64,000 bases of DNA from NCBI GenBank assembly GCA_002633005.1, contig NMRA01000191.1:364466-428465 (forward strand), written 5' to 3'. Below the pieces are notes generated by a model. The model ran no database searches and was not told the origin of the DNA. It saw only the letters and a list, made by a program, of their open reading frames with translations. The number at the start of each line of letters is the position of its first letter. The first letter of the stretch is position 1. Positions 62,929 through 64,000 of this stretch are shown one piece after another. Position numbers and translations under genes: made by a program. This DNA is from Phoronis australis. Its lineage: Eukaryota > Animalia > Phoronida.

Positions 62929-63199
62929 GGGCCCATTCCAATAAAGTGACTGAAGTTGATTTTTGACTTAAGTCTAAGATTTGTCTCAACTTCCAAACAT
63001 TGAAACTTACACATCTAGTAAATTAGTCAAAATTAAGACAAATTCTTGGTCAAAATTAAGACAAATTCTTGGTCAAAAACTTAAATCAAACTAAGATCTC
63101 GTTCTTGAAACGGACAAGAAAAAAACATTCAGTTTCATCTTAAAATTAACTGAAATTTGACATTTATCTTTGCTAGGTCAGTTTTCTTGGAACAGCCCC
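62929..63199. mobile_element. MITE copy 2 (same family as 21497-21744, opposite orientation)
   Basis: TIRs GGGCCCATTCCAA / TTGGAACAGCCCC. Internal ACTTAAGTCTAAGATTTGTCT..AACTTCCAAAC is the reverse complement of copy 1; there is an internal 23-bp duplication. Confidence 0.8.
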
Positions 63200-64000
63200 C
63201 TGGTTTATTAACACTTTAAGGGAAGGAAACGCTTAGTATGTTCCTTAAATGCCATGGAAATCAGCGTTATATCGAACCATTTCTCCATGTTGATCATAAG
63301 AGAAATTACTGCATAAGTCAAAAATTCTTACACAAAATATTTAAAATAAATTATCTAACGTCACACATAAAGTAGATAAAGCCACAACTATATAAAAAAA
63401 TATGCAACCGCTGCCTGATAAAATCCTTTGCAGAATAGAATGTGGTTTAAACTATGGAATCCAAAATTGCATATACTTGGAATAGTAAACAACAACTAAC
63501 ACAGTTCAATAATAGTTCCATTAAAAAGTATCAGGATAACGAGAATTACGAGATGTAACCACACTCAATTGGCCATGCATACTTAATTGGCTCGTCCTGG
63601 TGACAATTAGCAGTTCAAACAGCTTCTACACAAACACCCACGTTCAATCTACACAAACTGTGGAGTGCACCATGCAAAACTAACATCATTAATAACCACT
63701 TATTATAATCACTAAGTGGTGAATGCACACTGCTACACCAAACAAACAAATGCAAGAAAAAGCTCAGGCCTGAAAACGTGTAGCAATGTATCAGAATTTG
63801 ACCCGACATGCCAATACAAAGCTTTGAGACAAACGCCAGTTCTGGGCTGACTTCCTAAGACACAAGAACCTCGTGAAGGAAGCTAGTGTGATAACGTGCT
63901 TCCATTGTAATACATGGCAATATCTTGCAAAATCTTGCACAATCTTGTATTTTCGCAAGGTTCTCGCATCTATTGAATGCACACGGTTGTATTGGCTTAA

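Overview
Eukaryotic (metazoan, probably non-vertebrate) AT-rich genomic DNA with five intron-containing genes, reconstructed by hand with consistent splice phases: a C10orf53/UPF0728-like gene (-), NFU1 (+), LRPAP1/RAP (-), a FADD-like DED+DD adaptor (+), and the 3' ~27 kb of an ANKHD1/ANKRD17/Mask ortholog (-, 5' end outside the window). Introns and UTRs carry several MITEs, a hAT-type element with a perfect 8-bp TSD in the FADD 3'UTR, decayed HIRAN- and THAP-domain transposon ORFs, and small tandem repeats. The most notable observations are: (1) an apparent internal promoter and alternative first coding exon in the largest Mask intron, which would give an ankyrin-less KH + PAM2-like isoform; (2) LRPAP1 and FADD start codons only 45 nt apart head-to-head; (3) a probable GC-AG intron and a non-canonical DED in FADD. 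All homology calls come from motif recognition, not database searches, and coordinates were counted by hand.
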